A stretch of 64,000 nt of DNA from Escherichia coli (GTDB taxonomy: Bacteria > Pseudomonadota > Gammaproteobacteria > Enterobacterales > Enterobacteriaceae). The first letter of the stretch is position 1; every line of letters starts with the position of its first letter. The translations under genes were made by a program, and so were the position numbers. The notes beneath the pieces were generated by a model that was not told the DNA's origin, did no database searches, and was given only the letters and a program-made list of their open reading frames with translations. The stretch lies in the NCBI RefSeq assembly GCF_024502345.1, contig NZ_JALDNN010000001.1. One strand, 5' to 3'. Shown here in pieces: positions 62,953 through 64,000 of this stretch.

Positions 62953-63714
62953 TTACAGCAGACGACGCGCCGCTTCCACCACGATTTTCACCGCTTGGCT
63001 TTCAGTTTGTTTCATCGTCTCAGCATTCGGGATCTCTTGCTGGGTGCGGTTAACGATAACACCCGCTACCATACCGGCACGCAGGCCCTGACTTGCACAC
63101 ATGGTCAGCAGGGTTGCAGATTCCATTTCATAGTTCATTACGCCCATCGCCTGCCACTCTTCCATAGAACCTTTAAAGTGACGAACTACGCGACCAGAGT
63201 AAGTATCGTAACGTTCCTGACCTGGGTAGAAGGTATCAGAAGAAGCTGTCACGCCAACGTGAGTTGTCGCGCCAATGGATTTCGCAGCTTCAACCAGCGC
63301 AGTCGTACATTCGAAATCAGCGACAGCCGGGAATTCCAGCGGTGCGAAGTGCAGGCTCGCGCCATCCAGACGGACAGACGCCGTGGTAACCAGGACATCA
63401 CCCACATTAATATGCGGCTGAATAGCGCCCGTTGTACCGATACGCAGGAAGGTGCGAATGCCCAGCTGTGCCAGCTCTTCAACAGCAATAGAGGTAGACG
63501 GGCCGCCGATACCGGTAGAGCAGACGATAACAGGTTTACCATCCAGCTCTGCACGCCAGGTAGTGAATTCGCGGTGAGATGCCAGCTTAACCGGCTTATC
63601 CATCAGCGCGGCGATCTTTTCCACACGATCCGGGTCGCCAGGGACGATGGCAAGCGTAGCCCCTTGTAAATCGTTTTTAGTGAGGCCGAGATGAAAAACA
63701 TCAGACTTGGACAT
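62953..63714 (-). CDS. udp: Uridine phosphorylase
   Basis: Start set at the Met of [31 protein letters not shown]..., 253 aa. Confidence 0.92.
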   Translation of the reverse strand: MSKSDVFHLGLTKNDLQGATLAIVPGDPDRVEKIAALMDKPVKLASHREFTTWRAELDGKPVIVCSTGIGGPSTSIAVEELAQLGIRTFLRIGTTGAIQPHINVGDVLVTTASVRLDGASLHFAPLEFPAVADFECTTALVEAAKSIGATTHVGVTASSDTFYPGQERYDTYSGRVVRHFKGSMEEWQAMGVMNYEMESATLLTMCASQGLRAGMVAGVIVNRTQQEIPNAETMKQTESQAVKIVVEAARRLL

Positions 63715-63836
63715 ATACAACTCCTCTGTGAATCGGTTTAGTCAGAAGAAGCAAAAAGACACTTTACCGAAGGGTTTAACATTTTTTCGTGATACTCATC
63801 ACCATGACGCAAATGCGTTGCATAAATTTACCCACC

Positions 63837-63858
63837 AAAAGTGATGCAAATCACATAA
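63837..63858. promoter_or_regulatory. CRP-like site in the udp promoter region
   Basis: AAAAGTGATGCAAATCACATAA, resembling the TGTGA-N6-TCACA CRP consensus. Confidence 0.5.
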
Positions 63859-63976
63859 ATCACTCTTCATTCTGCAGGACTGCATAAAAGATGAGCCGAT
63901 TCAGGCAATGTGATTTGTTGCATGCTGACTATAGTTAACATTGCGCAACATTTTTATAAGGGTACGGAGAATACCA

Positions 63977-64000
63977 TGGCAACAACACAACAATCTGGAT
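63977..64000 (+). CDS. 5' start of an unidentified gene (MATTQQSG...), truncated by the window end
   Basis: ATG at 63977 preceded by GGAGAATACC; only 8 codons are visible. Confidence 0.35.

Overview
Enterobacterial (E. coli-type) chromosomal segment, recognised by recall of gene order and of several exact RNA sequences (rRNAs, Spot 42, CsrC); no database search was run. It reads in reverse orientation relative to the K-12 map. Content in order: 3' end of an esterase-like gene; yiiD-dtd-rbn-yihX; the sulfoquinovose (sulfo-EMP) catabolic cluster yihW/yihV and yihU-T-S-R-Q-P-O-ompL; yihLMN; typA; glnA-glnL-glnG with its sigma54 promoter and NtrC enhancer; yshB; hemN; yihI; csrC sRNA; engB; spf (Spot 42) sRNA; polA; yihG; yihF; dsbA-srkA; yihD; mobAB; the complete rrnA-type operon on the minus strand (16S, tRNA-Ile, tRNA-Ala, 23S, 5S); hemG; trkH; yigZ; pepQ; fadBA; fre; ubiD; rfaH; tatABCD; ubiE-ubiJ-ubiB; rmuC; udp. 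The unusual part is the sulfoquinovose cluster, which differs from the canonical form in three ways: (1) a complete 1221-bp IS30 with a 2-bp target duplication interrupts yihR; (2) an extra TauE/SafE (TSUP)-family permease gene sits between yihR and yihQ, a candidate sulfonate or sulfite exporter; (3) yihQ carries a 1-bp deletion that separates its two catalytic aspartates. An exact 13-bp motif recurs upstream of yihW and yihU and may be the CsqR operator. No CRISPR array or prophage is present.
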